A stretch of DNA of 64,000 bases. It comes from Camelus dromedarius. Its lineage: Eukaryota. The notes under the pieces are model-generated. The model was not told the DNA's origin. It saw nothing but the letters and a program-made list of their open reading frames with translations, and made no database searches. The DNA lies in NCBI RefSeq assembly GCF_036321535.1, contig NC_087437.1:53074001-53138000 (forward strand). Reading direction: 5' to 3'. Position 1 is the stretch's first letter. The number at the start of each line of letters is the position of its first letter. Below, in pieces: positions 52,906-64,000 of the stretch. The position numbers and the translations under genes are program-made.

Positions 52906-54452
52906 ACTAAAGAAGCACGTTTGGGTTCAGACTCTACATGTATCTGTTTAGCAAGAGAAAATGCATGATTCATGCTTCAACTGCAACTTGTTCATGTCTT
53001 AAAATCCAGTAATTAGAAAATTATAGGCCTAAAATACCTTCGATGCAAATATGTATCACTGCATGCTGTCAGGTTAACCAAATATCGTCCACAAACTAAT
53101 GCGATAATGATGAAGTTAAATGAACTATCATTTCTAATTAAGAAGCAAGAATAACAGTAGCTGAACATTACAACCAATTCACAACGAGTCTGACGTTGGG
53201 CGACTTTCCCCCAGGTCACAGGGTTCTAACTGTCTGTCTGAGGGAGCAGGCAGTTGTTGCTGAGCATTTAGAAGAGCCTGACTTCACAGATAACCTAATT
53301 AGAGCCCCTGGGGAACTTGGTAATGATCTAATTTGAGTTCATGAATAGCAAACATGAGTAATCTCTAATAACTAATTTAGTAAATTACCAGTATATAGTC
53401 CTTACACAAACATAAAAATAAGTCTTGGATTTGTGTGCTACTCATAAGAATTCAGAGAGGACTTGCACTTGAGTACTTTGCATCTCATTAGTGGCCTCAA
53501 AGTGAACATGAAAAGCCCTGCTCTGGGGGAGGATTGAAAATGTCAAGCCGAACAGAGCTGCCCAGGTGCAGGGGGCTGGTACCCCGGAGACGCATGCAAT
53601 CTCCTGGGAGAAGCTGAGACCTGCTACTTAAGGGGCACAGGCAGGCAGTGACAGATTGCGGAGTGTTTACATCCCAGGGCCATCACAGCTCAAGTGGGCT
53701 CATTCATTCATTTATTTGTTCATCCATTCTACAAGTCATTATAATAAGAAGCCGTGGCACTAACCTTCATTTACAGACTACCACACATCTGGTGCTTTGC
53801 ACAGTGCATCTGTAATAGTCACCAACCTCTGAGAGGAAGATATTTTGAAGCCCATATGATAGCTGTAAAAACAGCCCCAGAGTGATTCCCCTAAGTGGTA
53901 TTTGGGGAGGGACTACATTATATTAAACATGAACAGAGAATGGAATAGAATGCAAAATGTGCAAGATGTTTGAGGTAAAACATGAGACCTCAAAAAAAAA
54001 TTATTCTTGCCCTGGGGCCACCTTTAACCGGTCTCAAAAATGTGGGAGGATGTTCACTTGGCTCTGCCCGGAGGGGCACTACAGTGGAAATGCTAAAGAA
54101 GTGGGGCTGTAAATAGCAACACCGAGGTCTGATTCTGACTTCAGAGCTGAGAGGCTGATGTAGGGAAAAGATCATGAGAGAAGGCCTCCTTCATGAAACT
54201 CCTACCTGGGAAAATGACTCACATCCAGTGTCAGGGAGACTTCCTCCCAAGACATCAAGCACCACTCTGGCACTGGAACTAGACAGAAGAGAGTTCAAAT
54301 CTTGGATCTACCACTTACAACTATGTGACATCAAACAAGTGTTCTTCGACTCTAAATGGGAATAATAATAGTAGTCATACATGTTTCACAGGGTTGTTAT
54401 GAGAATTATTTGTATAACTTTTGTGAAAGTCATAGCAAGTAAAATTTCCCAT

Positions 54453-54630
54453 CAGTGGTTCTTAAAATATGATCTTCACACCAGCAATACTGGCATCAAC
54501 CAGGAACATGTAAGAGAAGCAAACTGTCAGAACCTACCCCAGATCTACAGAAATTCAGGGTGGTCCAGCAATCTGTGTTTTATAGCGTCCTGGGGATTCT
54601 GATGCTTGCCAGTGTTTATAAGCACTACTT
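54453..54630. mobile_element. MER5A-like MITE
   Basis: cagtggttcttaaa...ccagcaatctgtgtttt...gattctgatgc...agcact. Confidence 0.75.
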
Positions 54631-55924
54631 TACATTACTGCAAGGGACAGGATGAAGAAGAGAAGCTTGGAATACCTGGAGCTAGTCCTTCTCCTGAAGA
54701 GGGCCCTAAAGCAGACAGATACTGGGTCTCTCAAGTCAGTTCCACTTCCTCAAGGCAGGAACACATTACAGGGAAGCCAGAGCCCTATGATTGCCAGACG
54801 CCTGTCATCCTGCCTAGCTCCTGAAATTCTCATGTTATGACTTATATTGCCTGCAGAATTTACCTTTCTTTACCATCTGGATCTATGTTTCATACTTCTG
54901 TGACATTTTGTACCAAATATATAATCTCGAGAGGGCACAGAACAGATAATGAGAATTTCCTACCATAAAGTGAAGGGCAAAACCCAACAAACAAAAAAGC
55001 CTGAGAGGGTAAGAAAAACACAGCCGTATTCATGCCACAGTGCATCCCTATCTCAGAAATGGAATTGTCACAGAAGAGACACCCCAAGACATGAGTATGG
55101 TGCTTGGGCAAGTCTAGAAAAAGATAGCACTGTAAAAACACCAGGTATTGTGGTGGCAGTGGTATGGTGTGTGCTTGTGTGTGTGATAACAATAACCACA
55201 ACAAAACCACACTAGAGACAACACTCAAGTGTGGAAGAGTGTAAAACCTCATTCAGCGTGTAAAGTTTCTGTGGGCCAGGAGGAACTTGCGGTGAGCTGG
55301 CCCATGAGCATTCTCCACTTCATGAACCTCTTGTGTTCTCTTTCCCCTCCCTCCTCTGCTACCCCTCCATCTCCCATTCTCTAATTCTCCTTTCTTCTTC
55401 CTTCTTCCCACCTCCTGCTTCCCATAACAACCTACCTAAACAACAGCTACTATTTATTGAGAATCTACTGCCTTCTCTACATTAATATAATCTTCCAAAT
55501 AATATTTCAAGGTATGTATTATTATGCCACTGTATCTAGGATAAGACTTCTTGCAGGCAGCTGAGACATTATTCAAACCCACATCTGCCTGATGCAAAGC
55601 CCATATTTCGTTCAGCATCTGTGCTGGCTTTCAGACCTAGGAAGATTATTAATATCATCTCTATATTGTAGACTGCCTGAAGATCAATTTTATGACTCAT
55701 TTCCAGAACCCAAATTTAGTTTATAGAAGGTTCTGGGCAGTCATGTACCTCTTCCTCCACCAACTCCATAGAGCAACAACTTCCTCTGAGCAATCATGCA
55801 ATAGTGATTCAGCACCATGGACAACAGCACCCAGGGCTGCCTACACCTTATTCTGATGCCTGACCACATGTCCCTGGATGGCCCCCTCCACCTCAGAGGT
55901 GTCTGGGCTCCAGTATGAAAAACA

Positions 55925-56155
55925 CTACTAATTATGGCTACCTTTACAACATGCCAGACTGTCCTAAGCAATTTACACTATCTGGTTGTCTACAAATAAC
56001 AACCCTATGAGGTAGATATAAATATTATGTCCATTTGAATGATGAGGAAACTGAAGCACAGAGGGTTAAGTACCTTGTCCTAGGTCATGTAGCTAAGAAT
56101 GAATAAATACAGGATTTAAATCCACATAATCTGGCTCTGGAGGTTGTTCTTCACC
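55925..56155 (-). mobile_element. MIR SINE
   Basis: aacaaccctatgaggtag...gatgaggaaactgaagcacagagggttaagtaccttg. Confidence 0.85.
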
Positions 56156-56885
56156 ATTATGGCATGTGACACAAGGACAACAGGGGCACTGAAACCATAC
56201 AGCAGTCCTTGGCATTAGACGGTCATCAAGAAAATAAGAACATATTTATAATAATTTTAAAATATTCTAATTTGAATAAAAGTACAAAATCTAAAACATT
56301 TCATAGATGGCTTATCATTTCTGGATTCATAAACACTACAGCCTGATGGAGTTTTGGAAACTGAAAAGAAAGACATTCATTTCCCAAGCAAATCAGAGAA
56401 GGTGGAATGGTGTGGTGCAACCCTGGTTCTGATATTTAGTAGTAGGTGACTTTAAGCAAGTCAATTCCACTCTACTCTCTAGAGTTCCTCATCTGATAAT
56501 TGCAGAGTGGCATAAGTAACATCTACGGTTCTTTCTAAAAGTAACTCCATTTTCCTTCTAGAAATGTTAGACATTATCTCTTTGCTCTTGCCACACAGTA
56601 TCTGGTACTATCATTTTAGGGCAGGAAATGTCATTTGTTTTTATATTAATTTAAATCATACTTCATTGAATAGAAACAATAATATGACACATTGCCACCT
56701 TATCAAATTGTAAACAATTTAAAAATAGGTAACATCCCTGTTGGTTAGAAAGCAAGGAAACAGAAACTCTCCAATACTGCTGGTATTGAAGTAAATTAGA
56801 CAAAATCGCACTCCATCAATAGCCTCAAAATGTACATTTCTGCATAATTTTGCTTTTATAATTTTCTCTTAAGAAAGTAACTATG

Positions 56886-59800
56886 GTAGTGAGGTAGTGA
56901 CCAAGATGATGGATTAAGAAAACCCCAAGCTTATCTCCTCCCACAGGCACACCAAAAATACAACTATTTATGGAGCAACTATTGATGAGAAAAACTGGAA
57001 GACCAGCAGAAAAGATCTTATATAACTAAAGATATAAAGAAGGAACCACAAGGAGAAGGGTAGGAGGGGGCAGAGATGTGGTATAGTTAAGACCCATACT
57101 CCCAGGTGTGTGACCCACAAATAGGAGGATAATTAAAACTGCAGAGGTTTCCCCCAAGGAGCCAGGGGTCTGAGCTCCATATCAGGCTCCCATACCGGGA
57201 AGATGAGCCCCCAGAAAGTTTGGCTTTGAAGGCCAGTGGGGCTTACTTTCAGAAAAGCCAGAGGATTATGGGAAATCTTAAAGGGCATGTACAAAATCTC
57301 ACATGCTCTAGGATCCAGGGTAGAAGCCGTCATTTGAAAGGAGGCTGGGTAAGACCCACCTACTGATCTTAGAGAGCCTCTGTGAAAGATAAGAGGCAAC
57401 TGGAGCTCACCCTGGGATAAAGACGTGGTGGCAGCTATTATGGGGAGCTTGTTCTACCACGTGTACGCTGGTGCTGGCAAGGGCCATTCTAGAGTCTTCT
57501 CTCTAGCTTACTAGCCTCAGGACCCAGCCCCGCCCACCAGTTTTTCAGCACCAGTACTGGGACACCTCAGGCCAAGCAACCAGCCAGGCAGAGACACAGC
57601 CCCACCCACCAGCAGGCTAACACCAGGTCTGGGACACCTTGGACACCACAGTCAGCCATGTTAGGAATTGGCCCCACCCACAGGCAGGCAGACACTAGAA
57701 CCAGGACCCCTGGCACCAAAACTACCTACTCCAGAACTCAGCTCCACCCATCAGTGGGCCAGCACTAGCCCTGCGCCACCCCCCCCCCCCAGCCAGCAGC
57801 CTCATGACCTGGCCCCATCCATCAGTGGACAGTAGCCTCCACACAAGGCAGGGCCTGGCAAACAACCAGACCAGGGGCCAGCCATGCCTACCAGATGGCC
57901 CACGATAATCAGCCCTCCATGACAGAAGGACTCACCAGCTCACATAGGGGGCACCCCTAGAACATACAGCTCTGGTCACTAGAGGTGGGTGAGCTGCTGG
58001 GATACACAGGATGTCTCCTACAAAAGGCCACTTCTGGAAGCATAACCAATCTACCAGATAGGCAGAAATAAAAACAACAAATTAGGGAAAATGAGGTGAC
58101 AGAGGATTATGTTCAAAACAAAGGAACAAGATATAACCCCAGAAGATGAGCTAAGTGAAGCAGAGAAAAGCAATCTACCCACTAGACAGTTTAAAGGACT
58201 CAGGAGAAGGATGGACGAACAGAGTGAGAAGTTAGAAGTTTTAATAAAAGAGAAAGTATAAAGAACCAGAGATGAAGAATACAGTAACTGAAACGAAAAA
58301 TACACTAGAATGAATCAACAGTAGATAATACAGAGGAACGGACCAGCAAGCTGGAAGACAGAGTAGCAGAAATCACTGCAGCTGAAAAGGAAAAAGAAAA
58401 AGAAAAAGAAAAGAAATGAGGACAGTTTGAGATCTCTTGGACAGTGTCAGGTGTACTAACATTCATATTATAGGGGTTCCAGAAGGAGAAGAGAGAGAGA
58501 AAGGGGCAGAGAATAATTGAAGACATAGTGGCTAAAAACTTCCGTAATCTGGGAAAGGAAACAGACATCCAAGTCCAGGAAGCACAGAGAGTCCCAAACA
58601 GGATAAACCCAAAGAGGACCACACCAAGACACACTGCAAGTAAAATGGCAAAAATTAAAGATAAAGAGAGAATATTAAAACAACAAGTTACATAAAAGGG
58701 AATTCCCATGAGGCTATCAGCAGACTTTTCAGTAGAAACTCTGCAGGCTAGAAGGGAGTGGCATGGTGTATTTAAAGTGATGAAAGGGGAAACCTACAAC
58801 CAAGGTTTTCATTCAGACTTGATGGAGGTATCTTAAGTTTCACAGGCAAGCAAAAGCTAAAAGAGTGGAGCACCACCAAACCAACTTTACCAGAAATGTT
58901 AAAGAGACTTCTCCAGGTGAAAACGAAAAGGCCACAACTAGAAGCATGAAGATTATGAAAGGAAAACTCATCAACAAAGGCAAATATACAGCAAAGGTAG
59001 TAAACCAATCACGTAAAAAGCTAGTAGGAAGGTTAAGTGACAAAAGTAGTAAAGTAATCCATATCTGCAGTAAGTAGTTAAGGGATACACAAAACACAAA
59101 TATGTAAATATGATGTCAGTAAACGTGGTGGTGGTGAGTAAAAATGTAGGGCTGTTAAAATGCATGTGAACTTAAGAGATTAGCAACTTAAAATAATCAT
59201 ATTGCTATGTACAGTGTGGGGAATATAGTCAATAACTATGTAATATCTTTGCATGGTGACGTATCATAACTAGACTTACTGTGGTAACCATTTTGAAATA
59301 TATATAAATACCATAACACTGTTGTGTAACAGGAATTAGCATAGTGTTATAGGTCCATTATACTTCATATAAGCAAACTCACAGAAAAAGAGGTCAGATT
59401 TGTGGCTACCAGAGGTGGGGGTGGGGGAAGGGAAAAATAGATGAAGGTGGTCAAAATGTAGAAACTTTCAATTATAAGATAAATAAGTACTAGGGATGTA
59501 ATGTACAACATGATAAACAACTATACTGCTGTCCGTTACATATCAAAGTTGTTAAGAGAGTAAATCCTAAGAGTTCTCATCACAGGAAAAAATGTTTTTG
59601 TTTCTTTAATTTTGTATCTGTATGAGATGATGGATGTCACTGAACTTGTTGTGTTAATCAATTCATAATGTATGTAAGTCAAATCGTTATGCTGTACACT
59701 TTAAACTTATGCATTGTGGTATGTCAATTATATCTCAAACTTAAAAAACAAAACATAAAAATGAGGGTGTTCCTTATGAACTATTATGGACAACTCATCA

Positions 59801-59896
59801 GGATTTATTACTAAGAGAGAAGTTAAAGTTGTAGAATAGTATAAACAGTACAAAAAGTTGGGGAGGAATAAAAAATATTTTTATATATAATAAAAA
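56886..59896 (+). mobile_element. ORF2-less L1 (5'UTR, degenerate ORF1, inter-ORF spacer, 3'UTR) with 3' transduction and 15-bp TSD
   Basis: L1 5' end ccaagatg; ORF1 relic about 58091-58920 ending TKPTLPEMLKRLL; jump to 3'UTR at about 59208; AAGAAAGTAACTATG at 56871-56885 and 59897-59911. Confidence 0.88.
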
Positions 59897-60099
59897 AAGA
59901 AAGTAACTATGACCAATAATAACAGCACTACCTCTGAGACTCCTGTTAGCACTTCTATAAGATTTCAACTCCAAGGATATTTTTGGCAGCATTGTTTATA
60001 GCAGCAAAATATTCCAAACAATTTAAATGTCTCATAATATGGGACTTCTAAATACACTTTGGTACATGCATCTAATTAAATACTCTGAAGTTACTGAAA

Positions 60100-61789
60100 C
60101 TAACCAATGACATTTTTCACAGAAATGGGACAAAAAATATTAAAATTTGTATGAAACACAAAAGACCCTGAATAGCCAAAACAATCTTAAGAAAGAAGAA
60201 AAAGGAGCAGGGGAAATCACGCTCCCTGACTTCAGACTATATTACAAAGCTACTAGAAAACTACTAGTAATCAAATCAGTATGATGCTGGCACAAAAACA
60301 GACACATAGATGAACAGAACAGGATAGAAAGCCCAAAAATAAACCCATGCACTATGGTCAATTAATTTATGACAAAGGAGGCAATAGTCTTGGAGAAACA
60401 ATGGAGAAAAGACAGTCTCTTCAATAAATGGTGCTGGGAAAACTGGACAGCTACCTGTAAAAGAATGAAATGTGAACATTCTCTAACACCATATACAAAA
60501 ATAAACTCAAAATGGATTAAAGACCTAAAAGTAAGACCAGATACATAAAACTCCTAGAGGAAAGCATAGGCAGAACACTCTTTAACATAAATTGCAGTGA
60601 TATTTTTTGAACCAGCTCCTAGAGTAATGGAAATAAAAGCAAAAATAAACAAATTGGACCCAATTAAACTTAAAAGCTTTTGCACAGCTAAGGATACCAT
60701 CAACAAAATGAAAAGACAACCTACAGAATGGGAGAAAATATTTGCAAATGATGCAACTGACAAGGGACTCATCTCCAAAATATACAAACAGCTTATACAG
60801 CTTAATATAAAAAAAAAAAAACAAGCAACCCAATAAAAAAAAATGGGCAGAAGACCTAAATAGACATCTCTCCAAAGAAGACATCCAGATGGGCAACAGG
60901 CACACAAAAAGATGCTCAACATTGCTAATTATTAGAGAAATGCAAAACAAAACTGCAATGAGGTAGCACCTCATACCAGTCAGAATGGCCACCATTAAGA
61001 CGTCTACAAATAATAAATGCTGGAGAGGGTGTGGAGAAAAAGGAAGCCTCCTATACTATTGGTGGGAATGTAAATTGGTGCAGCCACAGTATGGAGGTTC
61101 CTTAAAAAAGTAAAAATAGAGTTACCATACAATCCAGCAATCCCACTCCTGGGCATATATCTGGAGAAAAATATAATTCAAAAAGACACATGTACCCCAA
61201 TGTTCACAGCAGCACTATTTACAATAGCCAAGACATGGCAACAACCTAAATCTCTATCGGCAGATGATTAGATGAAGAAGATATGGTATATATATACACA
61301 ATGGAATACTACTCAGCCATGAAAAAGAGTAAAATAATGCCATTTGCAGCAACATGGTTGGAACTAGGGATCATCATTCTAAGTGAAGTAAGCCAGAAAG
61401 AGAATGAAAGATACTGTATGATATCACTCATATGTGGAATCTAAAAAAAAGACACAAATGAATTTATTTATAAAACAGAAACAGATTCATAGACATAGAG
61501 AACAAACTTATGGTTACCAGAGGGTAAAGGGGTGGGAAGGGATAAATCGGGAGTTCAAAAGTTGCAGATAGTAACTACTCTATATAAAATAGATAAACAA
61601 CAGGTTTATACTGTATAGCACAGGAAACTATATTCAGTATCCTGTAGTAACCTATAATGAAAAAGAATATGAAAATGAACATATGTATGTGTATGTATGA
61701 CTGAAACATTATGCTGTACACTAGAAATTGACACAACATTGTAAACTGACTATACTTCAATAAAAAAGAATGCCAAAAAAAAAAAAAAA
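60100..61789 (+). mobile_element. 5'-truncated relatively young L1 (ORF2 C-terminal part, 3'UTR, poly(A))
   Basis: ORF 60597..60836 ([28 protein letters not shown]); 3' end gtaaactgactatacttcaataaaaaa followed by an A-run. Confidence 0.95.
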
Positions 61790-63064
61790 CCCACCAAAAA
61801 CCCTAACAGCACTCCTGTATAGCAATCTTCATCTCAGAATGTACTTTCCTGGAAAGCCAATTTGCAACAATATGGAAAAAATTAAAAAAACCCGTATAGT
61901 CTTAGGTAACTTCTTGTTGAAAAAGAAAATGAAATTATGGAAGAGTCACATATCAATCTAGTAAATGTGCAATTTGTTTAAAGGACACTTTAAACCCTAA
62001 ATGAATTTCTTAGAAAACAAGGAAGATGAAAAAAAAACAAAAACAAAAAAAACCAACCCAAGCCTCCAGGTCAAGAAGCTGGAAAAGGACAAAAAAAAGC
62101 TAAATAAAGTTGAAGAGGGCAATACTAAAGATGAAGGTAGAAAGTAATCAGCTAGCTGCACAACAAAACAATTGGGACAGTGAGTAAACAAAATCTAAAA
62201 CTCTTTTTGCTGTTGTTAAAAAAATCAATAACATGGACAATTCTTTGGCAGAGAGAGAGGAGAAGGAGGAAGAGGAGGAACCAGCATATCAGGAGTGAAA
62301 AAGGGGGCATAAGTATAAATGCAAGAGATTTTATTAAATTATAGGAGAATAAGATATTCAACTTTACATAACTACATTTGAAAGCCTAGATGAAATGGGA
62401 AGATTTTGAGAAAGTATAAATTATTAAAAGTGAGCCGAGAAATAGAAAAAGACTGACTAGTTGAATAATAACACATGAAATTCAATCAACAGTCAAAACT
62501 CTACTTGCTCTACGCTCCCGATCCAAACATTATTACAGGCAAGTTCTATGAATCATCAAGAAACAGATCATTCTCCTCTTAGAGAAGTTGTTCCAGAGCA
62601 TAGAAAAAGATGTTAAGTTACAATTCATATTATGAGGCCAGAATAACTCAGTTACGAAAGCTGATAAAGATCACAAATAAAAATAAATTATAGACCAATC
62701 TCTTTACTAAATTAAGCAAAGACCCCAGAAGATTGCAAAATCCAGTATAGTATTAAAAGAATAATACAAAAAAAGAATAATACATACAGTTATTTCAGGA
62801 GAGCAAGTTGAGTCAACATTGCACAACCTATCAATATAATTCACTATATTTTTAAATATAATTCACTACATTAAGAGAATAAAAGCGCAATTCTTATGAC
62901 CATCTCAATACATTCAGAAAGAAAATTTATACAATTTAACACACAAGTAACAAAAGCAAACATACCTGTAAGCACGTTAGAAGGTAAATGGAACATCTTT
63001 TACTTCATAATAGTTATCTACCAAAACCCCACAGCAAACTTCATACTTGGATGGCAAAATATTA

Positions 63065-63345
63065 CTGGGGAGGTAATGTACAACATGATGACTACAGTTA
63101 ACACTGCTGTATGGTGTATTTGAAAGTTAAGAGAGTAGATACTAATGAGTTCTCATAAGGATTTTTTCCTTTTTCTTTTTCTTTTTTGTATCTATATGAG
63201 ATGGTGGATGCTAACTAAACTTATTGCAGTAATGGTCTCATAGTTTTGTAAGTCAACCATTATGTGGTAAAGCTTATTCAGTGTTGTATGTCAATTATAT
63301 CTCAACAAAGCTGGAAAATAAATAAAAAATAAAGATAAAAAAGAT
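63065..63345 (+). mobile_element. 5'-truncated L1 3' end, similar to the 3'UTR at 59490-59740
   Basis: gtaatgtacaacatgatgactacagttaacactgctg...tatgtcaattatatctcaa followed by an A-rich tail. Confidence 0.85.
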
Positions 63346-63380
63346 GAGATACTCTGCTGGGAAATAATAAATGTATACTT

Positions 63381-63855
63381 TTTTATTGAGATATAGTTGG
63401 CTTACAATATTATATAAGTTTCAGGTATATAACATAATGACTTACAATTTTTAAAGATTATACTCCATTTATAGTTATTATAAAACATGGCTATATTCCC
63501 TGTATTGCACAATATATCCTTGTAGCTTTTTTCTTGTATACATGGTAGTTTGTACCTCTTAATCCTCTACCCCTATCTTGCCCCTCCCCCTTCTCTTTCC
63601 CCACTGGTAACCACTAATTTTCTATGTCTGTATATCTATACACTAACAATGAACTACCAGAAAGAGAAATTAAGGAAACATCTCATTTACAGTCACATCA
63701 GAAAGAATAAAATACTTAGGAATACACTTACCTAAGGAGATAAAATACCAGTACTCAAAAAACTACAAGACATTGATGAAAGAAACTGAAGACAATGCAA
63801 ATGATGAAAATATAGACCGTGTTCATGGATTGCAAGAATTTTTAAAAATGACCAC
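63381..63855 (-). mobile_element. 5'-inverted L1: 3' end on minus strand (63381 to about 63630), ORF2 piece on plus strand (about 63631-63855)
   Basis: Orientation switch near 63630; flanked by AAATGTAT(A/T)CTT at 63369-63380 and 63856-63867. Confidence 0.8.
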
Positions 63856-64000
63856 AAATGTATTCTTATTTTTTAAAATGGCAAAAATTAGAAGCGTTAC
63901 ATCAAAATCAAGGACAAGATAAGGATGCATGTTAATTCCTCTACTATTCAACAATCTATTTGAAGTCCTAGGCAATGCACTTAAATGAGAAGAAATAAAA

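Larger units (their letters stand above)
61960..64000 (+). mobile_element. Old L1M ORF2 fragment interrupted at about 63065-63877 by younger L1 insertions
   Basis: tttgaaagcctagatgaaatggga, atgaccatctcaata, cccacagcaaacttcatactt; resumes at ttagaagcg...aaaatcaaggacaagataaggatgc. Confidence 0.8.

Noticed and set aside
59912..61830. Similarity between 59912-59955 (taacagcact...actcctgttagca) and 61793-61830 (taacagcactcctgtatagca) as a TSD for the 60100-61789 L1
   Set aside because: Needs a 12-bp gap and lies about 150 bp from the L1 5' end; cannot be separated from chance.
45232..64000. DGKG promoter or first exon
   Set aside because: No CpG island or supportable exon seen; it probably lies beyond the right edge.
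1..64000. CRISPR array, rRNA, snoRNA/miRNA, processed pseudogene or second protein-coding gene
   Set aside because: No regularly spaced repeats or recognisable signatures by eye; an Infernal/Rfam and BLASTX search would be needed to exclude small RNAs fully.

Overview
Mammalian intronic/exonic DNA, probably camelid (inferred from a vic-1-like tRNA-derived SINE; I recognised no Alu, Bov-tA, PRE-1 or CHR SINE). The minus strand carries the 5' half of DGKG (diacylglycerol kinase gamma). Twelve coding exons run from the start ATG at 44989 down to position 89. All have AG/GT boundaries and join in frame to 1209 nt (403 aa): N-terminal recoverin-homology region, two EF-hands, C1A and C1B. The catalytic exons lie off the left edge, and the non-coding first exon and promoter probably lie off the right edge. 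Exon numbers assume one upstream non-coding exon. The rest is intron filled with L1, L2, MIR, MER5/hAT and LTR relics. The most interesting structures are: a TSD-bounded 3 kb L1 with 5'UTR, ORF1 and 3'UTR but no ORF2 (HAL1-like), carrying a 3' transduction; a three-layer L1 nest including a twin-primed inversion; a SINE with read-through sequence inside its TSD; two uORFs in the DGKG 5'UTR; and a CA-rich plus UC-rich tract next to a frame-preserving C1B exon. Repeat family names come from recalled consensus sequences and their boundaries are approximate. I see no prokaryote-type system, CRISPR array or RNA gene.
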